Origin: Gordius albopunctatus
Taxonomy: Eukaryota
Length of the DNA stretch: 64,000 nucleotides
Assembly (NCBI GenBank): GCA_964276515.1
Contig: OZ193910.1
Location: 3,348,001-3,412,000 of the forward strand
Direction: 5' to 3'
The first letter of the stretch is position 1. Every line of letters starts with the position of its first letter. Below, piece after piece: positions 13,291-27,574 of this stretch. The position numbers and the translations under genes are program-made. The notes below the pieces were generated by a model that ran no database searches, was not told where the DNA came from, and was given only the letters and a program-made list of their open reading frames with translations.

Positions 13291-16101
13291 TCCACTTATC
13301 TCGGATACCCTTTTTTGATCTTACACGCGTTAATTAATATAGCTCGTATCTTTAAAACGTAGAATAGATTTAACATCTGCTGTACTGATTTTAATAGTAT
13401 TTATGTCTACACAATCTCCTCTCCCTGGCCTTACTACTCCAGATGGGGTACTTTTACTTTCCATTTTAATTTCCAGTACGTATTTTTTCCACTTACTTTT
13501 ATTATTGCCATCCACACGCATCAGTAAACAGCGCCGTAGATGGGATAACAGTTTTATGTATCTTTCCACTTCTGTGCAAAATGCAATATAGGCAAGGGTA
13601 AGGGTTAGATTTAGTGATTTATTTGATAATATGTATTTATTTATAAAATAGTATTATACATATAACTTATTTTGTTTCAATTAACAATTATAGTATCCTT
13701 TTATTACGTAGTTTTTTAGTACATATTACATGCGTATGAATATGCGTGAAAACCGGTCTCAATTTCTAAAATGCGAATATTACATTATTAGATTTTGCAC
13801 ATATTACATTTTGCACCAGATTCTATCTTTCACTTACATTCTCGAATTCTGAAAAAACCTTTTTGTTTTTTGGCATAAAATAAATCTTTTATCATTCTAC
13901 AAAAATAGTCGATCTGAAGCCACGTCCTTATTCGTAAAAATACATAACATCCTGATTCCGAGTGTCAACCCTCAATATTTCGAACCATCGGCAACCAACC
14001 AAACCGCAACAAACTAACAACAGAACGATCCGGAAAAAGATAGCAAAAATCAAAGAATGAAAATCCTGAAACACATCAAAAACATATTATTTAAATAGAT
14101 ATATCGATTATTCAAAATCATCCCTAACTAATTCTCAGGGCCTAAATTCTTGATGTGCCGCTAAAATATTATTGTAATGTAAGACAGAATTTATCAAACA
14201 AATACACTTGCATTATACACATATATTAATTATATGACGATTATGTTATTAACCAATATTAAAACAACACCCCCCCCGCGTTTCTTTGACTATTATTTGG
14301 TGGTTTGCGCATTTTGCTTCTATAAAATTAGGGGGAAGTAGCGAGAGAAATGATAATTTATAAAATGGCAATTTACAATGTAGGTATAAAATAAAAGTAA
14401 AACAATACAGCCTTTTGATGATGATTTAGTATATATTAATTATAATTTTGGTTGAAGCTGTTGCCCAGTGATGGGACGACGTCCAGTAGCCATGAAGTAC
14501 CCCAACTGATTCACAGTGCAGGATTTCATCGAGTAAATCAGTTGTCCATGAATCGGTTCCGAGGGCAAAAGCAGAACGATAAATTAGATTAATTTTTGGG
14601 CTAAATGTCAGGAAATGTTTGAAGATCATATTATTTGTTATACCTATGGTTTATTTGGACTTTGTAAAAAATAGATAAGGTAAATCGCCACCTCGACCTA
14701 AGTTCGCCTCAACCTTTAAATGGCGTTCAACAACACTGAAACCCCTATACCTTTATCGGAACGTCAGGACATTAAGTCTTTGACTTCTCGATAAAGGGGG
14801 AGGTGTGGTGTTGCCCCCCTTACTTATTTTTACTTATCTATTTTTATGGCCCATTTTACTCAAAAACATTTACGCTGGAAATGTGCCAAGCTGTTTATTC
14901 CCCCCCCCCCACATATGCTACGATTTTTATTGCTTATTTTTATCGCTTTTAATCGTGTAAAATAATTTATTTTTACGCGTCACGATGATTTTATATATAC
15001 CACTTCGCTAAATATAGATTGTTAATATCGCAATCAATAAATTAATTATTTTTTTTGTTGAGTAAAGATAATAATTAAAAGATGTAGAAACACAAATATA
15101 TCGAAAAAGTTATATCGCGGATAATCGATTATAATTCTAAATAAATTAGTTGTGGAAATTCTTCCAATATCTATTCCTCAATTATTACAAGATATAGTCG
15201 TCTAAAAACTTCTTTTATTTAAATCGTGTTCCCGCGGTTCGGGGAACGCGATAGTATATTAGAAATTTTTTTTTAATTTATTAACAAATTTCTAATATAA
15301 TAAAAAAACAAAATAATTATTACTAGCATAATTATGAGGGTTATTTCTTAGCCACCATAAGAATGGGTTAAATCTAATTTGAGCATTATATATACCAAAC
15401 TCGCTTAGTATGTGACTAGAAAATTAACTATGGCATACTGATGCGCTCTAATAAGAGCGAAAACGTTATATGTCTGTTATCATTTTCGACTCACGTGCTA
15501 AAAAATATAGGGATATATATAGTTCAAATTAGTAACTAATTAAAATTGCCTATAGATGGCTCTAATTAGAGGAAACTTTTAATTTAATTGCGGCACTCCT
15601 GAAACGGGTTATAATTATCTTCTGATTTTATTATCTGTTATAGTGTTTTTAAATACAAAATTTCCAATAGAATATCAATAGAGACAGAATAAAATTTTTG
15701 TATACGGTCTAGTGGGCCGGATCCATCATTTATTATTTTTATGGGCCCACACCCGGCCATGGACCCGGACTTGGCCTAGGTTTTTATATATTTGTAATGC
15801 CCGGGGCTGCAGGTCTTTAATTTCGCGCGCTCATATGTGAGTCGAAGGTAAACGAAATATTTAAATGGACTTAAAAAAGTACTTTCAAGTGAATTTCAAT
15901 AAGGAAATTACACGAAAAAAGAGCTGATTATAAAGTTTGACAAATGGCTATGGTTAATTCTTTAATCGCCACTGACCCCTCCCCACTAGTGTAAAATTTA
16001 AGCTCGGTCCCCCTAAGGGAAAAATGTTAGCTACGCCATTGTTCATCCAAATTATTAAATTTGTTGTCGATCTCTGCATAATTTTTCCAATATTTAACAA
16101 G

Positions 16102-19100
16102 TTAATAATGTCGACCTAAAACGGGCTGCACAGTCTTTGAACAAAATGTGCAAAACAGAGGCAAATATCATAGCATATTATGAAAACCAAGAAGATCCAC
16201 GGTGATGTCTTTTAATAAGCTAGCTGGCAAGTAAATAATGCTCATGATTAGTCTAATAAGAATTATTGGTTTATGAATTACTCAAAAAACATGAAAATAA
16301 CCCTAAATTTGCTACCAAAATAATTCAAATTTTTTTATAATAATTTATGATGAGCTTTAATATATATAATACTTCATCAAGAGAGTGTTAATCAGCTACC
16401 ATTTTGTGATCCATCTAATAAATTTAAAATGTTAAAGTAAACATTTGTCATTTGGACTTGCGCCTTTTTAAAAAAATTGTCCATACTCCCTATAAACGTA
16501 GCTCATTTGCTATGCAATTCAAAGCAAGAAGGACGGTTTTAAAGTGTGAAGCTAGACCGTTTGCCAAAATAAATTTATGTATATAGAGGTAATCATTCGG
16601 GAACAAAAATAAAAATGGAATTTAGGCTTGGGCAAGGTCAGAAAAATTAAAGCCAACTAAGGGTTATTGGTTAAGTATTTATGCTAAAGCAATAAAATCC
16701 TTCACATAAGCATAAGATTCCATAGCAATTAAAAAATTAAAAGTTTGAGGGACAGTACAGGACTGGACAGACGATAGGACAACCAAGCGGGCCTATAAAT
16801 TGCATAGCAATAAATTTGGAACTCTGTGAAATGAAAGTGTGTGGTTGTAGGAAGGATTAAATGTTTGGGCTAATAAAAACCAAATTTAGGTCGACACTGA
16901 TTAACTATATGATACAAACGACCTTAGTCTAAATCACTACATATGACGGTATACAGTAAAAAGATAAGGATACGCGATTAAAAAATGAGGCAACTAATGT
17001 AACAATCTATATTTATATCAAGTAAAGTGTATGTATGTGTGTATGTATGTATGTGGATAAGGGCTAAATTCTGAAACTGCGGCCAGGGGTAAAATAACTT
17101 TTCAGATTCCTAAAATTCCTTTTAGTTTTAAAAATATCGGACATTTCGAGGCCAGTTTCATTTATAGCATTATATACAATAATGACGTCATACATACAAG
17201 GTTGAAGTTTTCTCGAATTAGATATTTAAAAGTATAATAAAAATGTTACAGTATACGGTCAAAATTATTGGGGTTTAACAAACTATTTAATTTAAATAAA
17301 TAAAATAGTGGTTTATAAACACTTTTTTCACTCAACTGTGCATGTTATCGCTAAACATCGCTACCTAATAAGTATTTAAAATTGTTATAAATCTATTTAA
17401 TTAATAATAAATATGCCTTCTTTATTAAGTTAATACTTATTTGCATAATAAAAAAATAAAATTTTTCACATCACAAACTCTCTTTCAGCTGACCCAAATT
17501 CTTTCATATATATTCTATTGCTAGGTACCAATTATTTAGCCAAATAACTAAGTCAAAGCAACGCTTGGCCGGGCACAGCTAGTAATAGATAGATGCCATA
17601 ATATTTATGTATAATTTTTTATTTTATATACATTTTTCTTAAAGTTTATGATATTTTATTTTAAAAGCCATTTCTGCCATTGAGCTATGTTTTACAAACT
17701 ATATTTGGCATCCACGTTGGTAAACACTTTTGACTCCTAGGCAGAGATTACACGGGATTAATTTCATTAGTAATTTTGTTAATAAGGGATACCGTGTGAT
17801 CAGTTAGGATTATACTAATTATGGCTTCTGAGAAAGCACTAATCCAATGAAAGCTTATTTAATGTCAGAATAAAATCAAATTAAAAATTATTTTAAAATT
17901 TGCATGGTTGCCCTTAATAGTTATAAGGTTTGGGAAGGTTTGCTATTTAATACAACAAATGCGATATATTTTATTATTCAAAACAACATTTACGCGATTC
18001 GACTACAGGAAATTACATAACAACAAAATTACATTTTTCGTTACATAACACAATTGTTACAATAATAAAATCTGTTTTTTTTTTAAATAATTTTTTAGAG
18101 AAACGGCCCTTGTATACCCGTTCAAACAGGAGGATTCATGAATCCTCACGAACAATATAACTTTCTCAAGATCATACAATAGACTTTAGCATTAATTTTA
18201 TCCCGTGCATATCATTTATTATATAGTTTTTTTTTGATTAATTGAAGTAGGTAAAATAGGCCGACTTGTTGAAATTTGAGCTAGATGACTTCGAATATTT
18301 AGGTTATGAAATTAGGCATAATTTGAGCCAAATGCTACGAGTTGAGCGACACCTTTATGGAAAGTGATTTTATGAATTTACCCGTAACTAGCGCTATTTT
18401 TGAATAGTTTAATAATGCAAGATATATTAACAAAGTTGGAGAAAAAATGTATTAATCGTAAAATTCCTTTAGAGAAAGTACCTTACATATTAATGGGATT
18501 TTTTCCACATTTACAAGGAAAATTCAATGCTAAATTCATTATTAAATCTATATAATAATAACCATAAACTTGGAATTGTACAAACTCAAATTAATTTTAA
18601 TAGAATGTATTTAGAGGTAAAAAATCTTGATCAATTCTTATAATTGATATATTTAGTCAAAATTGATAAAAGTCTATAAATTATGTAACAAAATTGTGAC
18701 ACTAGAAAAAAATCAATTATAGTATGTATATTGGAAATCCATATTTTAAGGAGTATAAAATTTTGAATGGTGCTTGTATGGAAAAAATCAAAGCCACATT
18801 AGACACTATACTAGGTATAAAACATTTTATTGAGTTTATGTTTTAATTATATTCAATATACCAGAATCAGATATTAAAGTTGCCCATTTTTCCCCTTTCG
18901 AATTTCTGGAGATTGTATCCAGTGCTATAATTGTTGTTTTCCCAATTATTCCCTCGTTACATCATATATTGATATTTATTCCCGAGATGTATTATTATTC
19001 GGCGGAATTCTGAAACAATAAATTATTATTTGGAGTATAATAGTAGAGTGGATAAACTTACAAATAAAAACTTCCCGTGTCGTATCCTGGATACGGAACG

Positions 19101-22100
19101 ACGTTACGGAGGGAAGGTAATAAATTTCGGAAAGAACATAAAACCCTTCATGACGTGAGATATAATCTGGCAGAGTTACTTCGAGCCAAGAGGCCCGAGA
19201 CATAAAAGGAACGTGTCCTTGGGAGCTTTGATTGGAATAGTAGGACAGAGACTAAAAGGGAACGTGCCCCTGAGAACAGCGGGGCAATAAATTAGGATCC
19301 CAAATAGTTTGGAACGAAAAGGGGCCAAAGAAGCCAGAAAACCTTGAAACGAATGCGTAATAAATTAAGGATTGGAACGAAAAAGGAGGTCAAAGAATGG
19401 GAAAAATTAACGATGCCAAGAAAATCAATGAAAACCGATACATACCAGAACGTGTCTTTCAGAACGTTTCTCCCCAGAATCTGAAATCCCCCCCCCCCTT
19501 TCAATTTTCTTGAGATCATATCCCAGTTTAAGAATATATTCCCGTACATTATAGTGGTTTAGATTAGCAGTGAAAATAGTTATTTTATCGGTGTTATCAA
19601 TATCGTCCCCCTAATTCACTTTCTCGTTACGCCATATATATATCTATCACGAACTTGTATTATTGTTATCGACGATAATTCTGTATCGGTATTGGAATTA
19701 ATAAAATAATTGAACAAATGAGTTAAAGAAGGAAAATTATCTAACGAGTAATGTGACTAAATTACCCTCCCCGCATATCCTTGTCATTACAAGGGTTAAA
19801 TGTCCGCTAAATAGAAAGGATAAACTTCCCCGTCTGCCCACAGTACTTCTCATTTTCCGAGATAAAAAACTTCCCTTGTTCCAAAGATTTAACAGTATAC
19901 CCGTTCAAACAGGAGAATTCATGAATCCTAACGTACAATATAACTTTCTCAAGATCATACACTAGACTTTAGCATTAATTTTATCCCTTGCATATCATTT
20001 ATTATATAGTTTCTTTTTATTAATTGGAGTATGTAAAATAGGCCGACTTGTTGAAATTTGAGCTAGATGACTTCGAATATTTAGGTTATGAAATTATGCA
20101 TAATTTAAGCCAAATAGTACGAGTTGAGCGACACCTTTAAAAGCATATGGAAAGTAATTTTTTATGCCTTTCGTTTCAAAATCCCAAATTTCAAATTACC
20201 AATTTTACCACTAATCACCATAATCTAATCGCCACTCATCACCACTCATACATACGTACATTCACAAATATTTCTATTTCATTTCCGTCAAGGATGTTAA
20301 CGCAAATAAAAAACAACTCCACTATTATGACAATTTCTACTATACAAAATACAAGGAAGGGAAAAATTCTCAAATATACCTTAGATGACGCAATACTTAA
20401 TGTTTGGGCAGATCTATAAAAGATGGAAATACATATTTTATCACTAAAGAACATTAAATATTCCACATACAAGCATAAATTGGCATAATTATTTTTATAT
20501 ACTTAGCAGGCCTAAGACAAAATATTCCTATATATCAACCACTAGATGTCATTTCTAACATCAAATAATCTATTTTATAAGTTGCTTTAGCACTTAATGG
20601 TACATATTTGATAATGGATGGATGTTATTCTAATAATCGAAATATCCCACATACAAGTATAAATTTGCATATGTATTTTTATATATTTATCAGGCCTAAG
20701 ACAAAATATCTTTATATCTCAACCACTATATGACATTTCTAACATATCAAGTAATTCAACCTTATTTCATAACTTGATTTAGCAGTTAATGATACATATT
20801 TAATGATGGATGAATGTTATTCTAATAATTCAAATATCCCACATACGAGTATAAATTTTCATATGTATTTTTATATATTTAGCAGGCCTAAGACAAAATA
20901 TCTTTATATCTCAACCACTAGATGACATTTCTAACATCAAGTAATTCAACCTTATTTTATAACTTGATTTAGCAGTTAATGGTACATATTTGATGATGGA
21001 TGAATGTTATTCTAATAATTTCAACAAGTAAATTTAATTTTTTACCTTTGTATAGTAGTTAATAGTGCAAACTCAAGAGATGAAACCGCAAATTTATCTT
21101 CCACCTCAAACATTTTGAAATATTTAAATAAAACATCTATTGACATGAATTCTGTAGTTTGTATTGAATGGAATCATCAACTCTGTTAAGGGCTGATATT
21201 TATTCACGTAAACTATTAGGAGTGTGATACAAAAACACGACGACAAAACCAAAAAAATGCGCTGGCGTATATATCCAACGCCTTTATATGTTACAACCAA
21301 TTCACGATAATTTGATCGCCAACGCGCGTGTAAATAACATCAAATTTGATCGCCAACGCGCGTGTAAATAACATCAACACGCAGGTAACTATCGTATCCC
21401 TGGAGGCACTTTACCTCTCTACAAACTCTAAATCTAATAGTTAGGATATAGTATATAAAAGCTATTATAACAATAATTTTATAAGATCATCACTTAAATA
21501 TATATAACATTATTTACAAGAGAGGAAGATCATATTTTGAAAATGTAACAAAAATACTCTCATGAATTAGCACAGACTAATTTATATTCTAATACAGTGA
21601 TTAATTATATAATTTCTGCTTTTTTATTTTTCTTCTTCAATAGCATAACCTGATAGATTAAGAATAGTTTAAGGCTAAATGTTGGTTTTAAATATTTAGC
21701 ACAGTGATGAAAAAAATCTTTCATAGTGTAGTTAAGAAAGCTATCTAGGTATGCCAAAAGATGTTAAGAACATCCAAAAAGCTTGGAAAGAAACTTCTAG
21801 AGGCATAAAAAGATGACGGTGTGCCTTTTGATCAAGAATTTAAGACAGAAAGAGCAAATATTTACGCGTTTGGAGCCTTTTTAATACTATTTTATCGAAT
21901 TGAATAGGATCATCAAATAAAGCAATCATAATATACAGTAAAATTTGAATGTAATTTTGCTTATAGATAAAATTTAAACCAAATATTCTACCATATTTTA
22001 CTTCAAAATTTCTGTTTTGTTAATAAATAAACATAATTGCTAATTACACGTTGCACATAGTTATTGCATATAAATAGATCTATATTTATATTTAGCCATA

Positions 22101-25100
22101 TTATGTAATAGATAATATATTTTCTCTTAAGTAATTAAACGAAAATGTTGAGCATTAGAAATTTTTAATATTAGTCTTGTAGGTTTAACAATAAATTATA
22201 AATCTATTTGTATGTAGTTCAATGTTAGTTTTCTATTTTATTTATTTAGTAAAAGTAACCTAATATACTATCAATAAATTACAATGCAATTCAATTTTTA
22301 ATTTAGTATTATTGTATATACGAATTTAAAAACACATGATATTTTTTAACATTTAATGTGATACATACATTTACTTGGCTTTTTGTAACTTGGTATTTTG
22401 AACTAGATTCACCGTAAGTAGCGCTATTTTTGAATAGTTTAATAATGCAAGATATATTAACAAAGTTGGAGAAAGAATGTATTAATCGTACAATTCCTTT
22501 AGAGAAAGTACCTTACATATTAATTGGATTTTTTACACATTTACAAGGAAAATTCAATGCTAAATTCATTATTAAATCTATATAATAATAACCATAAACT
22601 TGAAATTGTACAAACTCAAATTAATTTTAATAGAATGTATTTAGAGGTAAAAAATCTTGATGAATGCTTATAATTGATATATTTAGTCAAAATTGATACA
22701 AGTCTATAAATTATGTAACAAAATTGTGACACTAGAAAAAAATCAAGTAAAGTATGTATATTGGAAATCCATATTTTAAGGAGTATAAAATTTTGAATGA
22801 TGCTTGTATGGAAAAAATCAAAGCCACTTTAGACACTATACTAGGTATAAAACATTTTTTGAGATTATGAATTAATTATATTCAATATACCAGAATCAGA
22901 TATTAAAGTTGGCCTCATAGATTCCAATATAATTAGATTAACAAATGCTAATTCTATACAGTACAATGTTGCAGATAATTTGTTAGCTATTAGACAATAT
23001 CGTGATTCAAAATGGCTATATGATTATTTTACAAAATCAATTCCTTTATATTTGAAGAATGATGAAAACTTATTTGTAAAATTTATAGAAAATAAAGACA
23101 ATGCTTTATTTTTAAATTCAATAATTTATATAGAGGTAATAATCTTCAAAATTGTTTTTGAAACATGTTGTTTAGGATATATATAATATGCTTTCAAAAC
23201 ATATGGACACAATAAACAAATTTGATGCAAATAATAATTTGAGGGAAGTTGAATTTAATAAAATCACAGAGAGCCTTTTATCAAATGTTAATTCCACAAT
23301 TAATAATATAGAACCTCAACAATTAGCAAAACCCATTGAAAATTCTATCAAGTAATGTGCATTATGTTAAACACACATTTTATTTTTCCCATAAAATATA
23401 GACATATAATAAAATTTAAGAAAAAACTGATATATTGTAATTTAATCATTTTAATAAATTTGATATATACTACTCAAATACAATTAGTTGCTTTGCCGAG
23501 GCTTATTTAAAACTGCTTGTGCTTCTATTTTAAGCCAGTAGATTTATATTAAATTTTTTATTTCAAGTCATCAATGATTCATAAAATCCAAGGAAAATCA
23601 GATAAATAGCAATTTTAATGAATACTTTTTAAAGTGATGCAAATGAAAGTTAACATAAAGCATAAAACTGGGCTAATATTATTATTATCACTTAACGTGT
23701 AAATTCATCTCTTTTCTATCAAATTAGTACCCTCCCCCCTTTGCCCCAAGAATTACCCATTACCCGCTCAACCCTAGTTCCTCAGGTTAAAAGATCACAT
23801 TCTATTCTACCAAAACCTAGGCCAAGTAGCAGGCTAACATTGAATGCTCGCCTGCCCAGGCAAAAATCAATGATACCCTCCAAGAGCAAACGCCTCAAGC
23901 TTTCGCCCGAAATCGCTCCCATCACTGCCAAAGAACTTGCTACCGTTCCAACGTAATTTTTTATAAAAAGTGGGGATAACTTTGAGGTTGTGTCGTAAAA
24001 ACGCTTGGGTTCTGTTTGGTCCACTTTTAGTTTTAGTCGAATAAGCAGGCCAAAACTTTTTTGGTCGAACCTTTGGTTTCCTATGTTTATTCAGCTAAAA
24101 CCGAAAGTGGAGTAAACAGAACCCAGCCAGCCCTTTTTGCGACACATTTTGAGTGCGAGGGCTTAGTAAATATGAACGGAGATGCGTGTTCGCTAAGAGT
24201 TTAGTAATTCATCAGGATCCTCAGGCTACAACATGCAAATATTATGTGTGCCTATCTAAGTGATAAAAATGCTTGGCGTATATATTCTTATTGCATTTCA
24301 GAGAAGTTAGGATAGTTATTCGAATAAAGTCTCGAAAGCATGGGCGGAGTCAGGGGGCGGCAGCGAGTGAAAGTGGGTCCCTCCCAAATTAAATAAATTG
24401 TCATTTTGCTCTGCCCCTTCCCTAATTCAAATTTTAACTTTATCTTGCATAAAATTTTGTATTATTACCTTTTAATACGCAAATTAAGGTATTAATCAAA
24501 CATTTGCGAAGCCTAATTGACCCAATCGATCTTTCATTCAGGTACATGAGAGGTCGAACCAAACTGGAGGATTTGAATGTATTCGTAATGGCCCTCGGTA
24601 CAGCTTTTCGTGGAAAGTATCAACTTATAGAAAAAGGACTTAAGCCCGGAGGAACTTCTTCTATGAACAAAGAGATGCTTGATTTATTTTACGCGTACAA
24701 GGAAGAAATGGATGCCTTAGGGGGTAAGGAAATTAGTATATATTAGATAACATAGGGTTTTGTGAATTTCCTTATAAAATTAGTGCTGATCATATGTCTT
24801 TTTTCATTTCTATTTTAAAATTTGGACTGTTATAAATTGTTTTTATTTTTCAAACCATTTCTATAAATAAATGTCCTAAAAAGCCTAAGGGCTTAGCAGA
24901 GATTTATACTGATAGTTAACGAGATACGCAAATTTTCCTTTTAAAACAAGGATTAATTTAATTTATATAATTTAAGTTTTCAAGGATTTTCTTTAGTTTT
25001 TAAGATAAGTCTTTTTATTAAAAATTCCGCATTTTGGCCACAATATAAAATATGCAAAACAGAATGCGTCAATTAATAAGAATAAACTATTTTGATAAAA

Positions 25101-25427
25101 CCAGATCGAGATGTTATTTCCAAAAGTTGTCATAAACCAGCAAAAACGATTTGAAATAGAACATACATTTAAGTGGAATGAGCGATTTTATTTTTTTCAT
25201 TAATATCTGTTTTTTAACGTGGATGATAAGCTGGTAAATATTTTTAAAATTAGGCAATTTTTGATATTTTAGACGCCTTCTATGTTCGGGAAGATGATAT
25301 TTCTCACTTTTCGGGCTCCAAAGTTGACAAGAGGTGTCTCAACTATGCCACCATACTACGACATTTGGGTAAAATTAGGGAAGAACGGATGAAGGGCAAA
25401 AAAGTGTGTTATGTCCTCCAATCCTGA
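16102..25427 (+). CDS. SKA1: Spindle and kinetochore-associated protein 1 (5' exons not located). Exons 16102-16201 (tentative), 23728-23952, 24542-24723, 25273-25427
   Basis: Phase-compatible GT-AG splicing gives ITAKELATVPTYMRGRTKLEDLN...GKYQLI...FYVREDDI...KVDKR..TILRHLGKIREER...YVL*, matching the SKA1 microtubule-binding domain (VPSYMKSR...KYKIL...ILRH.RRL.E.R...YV). Confidence 0.8.
17006..17582 (+). mobile_element. Non-autonomous Helitron
   Basis: A|TC start followed by a (tgta)n microsatellite; GC-rich subterminal segment then CTAG|T; no TSD. Confidence 0.8.
18112..18882 (+). repeat. Internally deleted copy of the 19895-22911 block
   Basis: 18112-18372 matches 19895-20163 and 18383-18882 matches 22413-22911 at high identity. 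Confidence 0.9.
20457..21020. repeat. Tandem repeat of about 185-192 bp, 3 copies
   Basis: Units start near 20457, 20641 and 20833 (aatatcccacatac...gcaggcctaagacaaaatat...gttattctaataat). Confidence 0.9.
21184..21423 (-). mobile_element. Solo LTR, same family as 60875-63196
   Basis: TG...CA ends; perfect 5-bp TSD aactc; near-identical to 60875-61071 apart from an internal 34-bp duplication. Confidence 0.93.
24007..24124. mobile_element. 118-bp MITE-like hairpin
   Basis: About 30-bp inverted ends gggttctgtttggtccacttttagttttag / ctaaaaccgaaagtggagtaaacagaaccc. Confidence 0.6.
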
Positions 25428-25894
25428 GATTCAATCCTTCTTATATTAAAATTTTATAAATAATTTTTCCCAGGTATTGCTATAAATTTTTACTTTGTCT
25501 CCGCTTTTAAACTTAAACGAAGAGATTTATTCAGACGGCATTTATGAATGCGGTATAACTTATATGTCTTATTTGATGAAATTTATATTGGTATTTGAAT
25601 AATGCTTAAACCATTTCTCAACTAATATACGTTTAATTATTAACTTATCCATTTTTTATTTCGCTAAAACAGAAATATTTTGATCGATGTGTATCTTTTG
25701 TAATGATTATTACCGCCTAGCGTGCATCAATCGTTGTATTGTATTTTACCATATAGAAAGAAATGTCAAATAAACAAATTGGCCGCGTGTATTTACTCTT
25801 TTCGAAGCTGATTTAGAAATTTGTTTTAAATTTTTAGAAGGAACTAAGTTATTACTTGATAGATTTTTGTTGCGACAATACATAAGTGTAAAAA

Positions 25895-26029
25895 CATGGG
25901 CATTGCAGGATTGGAATTAGAGGGGGGCAAAAGGATTATTTTTTGTAATTTTAACCATTATTATATCTAATTTTTAAGAAGTTTTGAATTTAAAAGGGGG
26001 GGGGCTGCTTCCCTCTGGCGACGCCCATG
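25895..26029. mobile_element. Small MITE (catggg...cccatg family)
   Basis: catgggcattgcagg / ctggcgacgcccatg ends, similar to 4944-5063. Confidence 0.55.
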
Positions 26030-26179
26030 GCAAAAATTATTTTATTAAATTTAGTTAATATTCATTAAAAACTACATACATTCCAAGTATAAAGTTGATT
26101 AACACAATTATATTCAATATAAAAGCAATTAGTCAGTGGATCGAATATTTATTATCCGAAAGCACATAGACATGGATGT

Positions 26180-26497
26180 TAAAGCCATGCACGGCCCCCA
26201 AAAAATAAAATTGAATCGGGCCTGATGGGTCAACCGGACCTGAGCCCGGCCCCAGGCAAAACCTAGGTAAAAGATTAGTTAAAACATTTTACCGATTCCT
26301 TTGTAATTTAGGCTATTTAGAGGAGACAAAATATTTTTATGTTAATAAAGGTGGGGGTGGTATTCTAAATAATGTTTTTTTTATAAAATTACATTTGAAA
26401 AAAGTCGGGCCTGAGTAAAAAAAAATTTTGGGCTCGGCCAAAGCTAAATAAAAAGCGTTGGGCTCTGGCCAAATAAATTCCATTTTGCAGGGCTCTA
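26180..26497. mobile_element. Degenerate GGCCC-rich hAT MITE
   Basis: taaagccatgca / tgcagggctcta ends, same family as 36066-36722. Confidence 0.6.
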
Positions 26498-26869
26498 ATG
26501 GTGTACTAGATGTTTATTCTCTTTACAACGATCTATAAAACCAAATAGCTACGTTCTTTTTATGTATATCTATAGTTAATGTCGCCATAATAATAGCTCA
26601 ACATAAATTATGGAAAAACTAAAGAACGAAGTTGTTGCGTATGAAATGCTACCAATCTCTAGTCTTGTTAATCTGCTGTCATGTTTGCGTACTTTCGACG
26701 CTTAACCTACTAGAATTATCAGAGTAAAATGCGCGAGAGGCTAAGATAGCTAGTAGTTTTATACGAGCAAATGCTGAGCTGAGAGCAAGTTGCCCACTTA
26801 ATCTGCTCAGTGATTGTGTTAATTACTTTTTATATTTTAATGGTATCACTTTCTCTCCATGTCATGGGG

Positions 26870-27518
26870 CGGTGTAATATTGGATTCAGCGAACGTTGTA
26901 AAATAGCGAACGTCAAACATGTAAATCAAGCGTCATTTATTATTTCCGTTAAAATTGTTGAAATAGTTCTTATTGGCGGATAAAACTGTCAATCACCAAT
27001 AATATAATGTTATTTTCATGCTTAATTTATGAAATGAATAATAAATTTAATATTTAGTAAACTTTTAATTAACCTATTTTTAAGTAATTTGCCCCCTTCC
27101 CCATTGATTTTTACCCTCTTTCTCAATGGGGAAGGGGTCCCCGTGTCTCCTCCAAAGAGGGTATAAAATAATATTATTCTATTTAACTTATAATATTTAA
27201 TAGAACACAATTAGCATCTACCTTACAAAATGTTATTAAGATGAATATAATTATAATATCAATTTAAATGTATTAGTTATCTATCATCTCTAATCTAATT
27301 CAAATATGGGATAATTGACGTTCAAATTTAAAGACGCTATGGTATAACAATGGGATCGTCAAAAGTAACGATGCTTTTTCCGAATCCCCACCCAATCCCC
27401 TGCTAGTAAAAAAACACGTGATAAACGTCAAAACTCATTATTTCGTGTTTTTAACGAATAGCAATTGGGAATGGACGTTAGCTATTTTGTAACGTTCGAC
27501 ATTTCTGTACGCTACAGC
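26870..27518. mobile_element. MITE-like element with subterminal inverted repeats
   Basis: cgaacgttgtaaaatagcgaacgtc versus gacgttagctattttgtaacgttcg. Confidence 0.5.
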
Positions 27519-27574
27519 GTTATGATAAATATATTATAAAATTATTCACATACACTAAGGATCAACCATGCTTG

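Noticed and set aside
14426..14629. GC-richer exon-like patch, a candidate SKA1 5' exon
   Set aside because: No recognisable peptide and no convincing splice link to 16102.
15222..15254. GC hairpin resembling a terminator or Helitron end
   Set aside because: No exact CTAG and no matching 5' end found.
18883..19894. LTR-like segment between the duplicated blocks
   Set aside because: Could not define TG...CA ends with a TSD.
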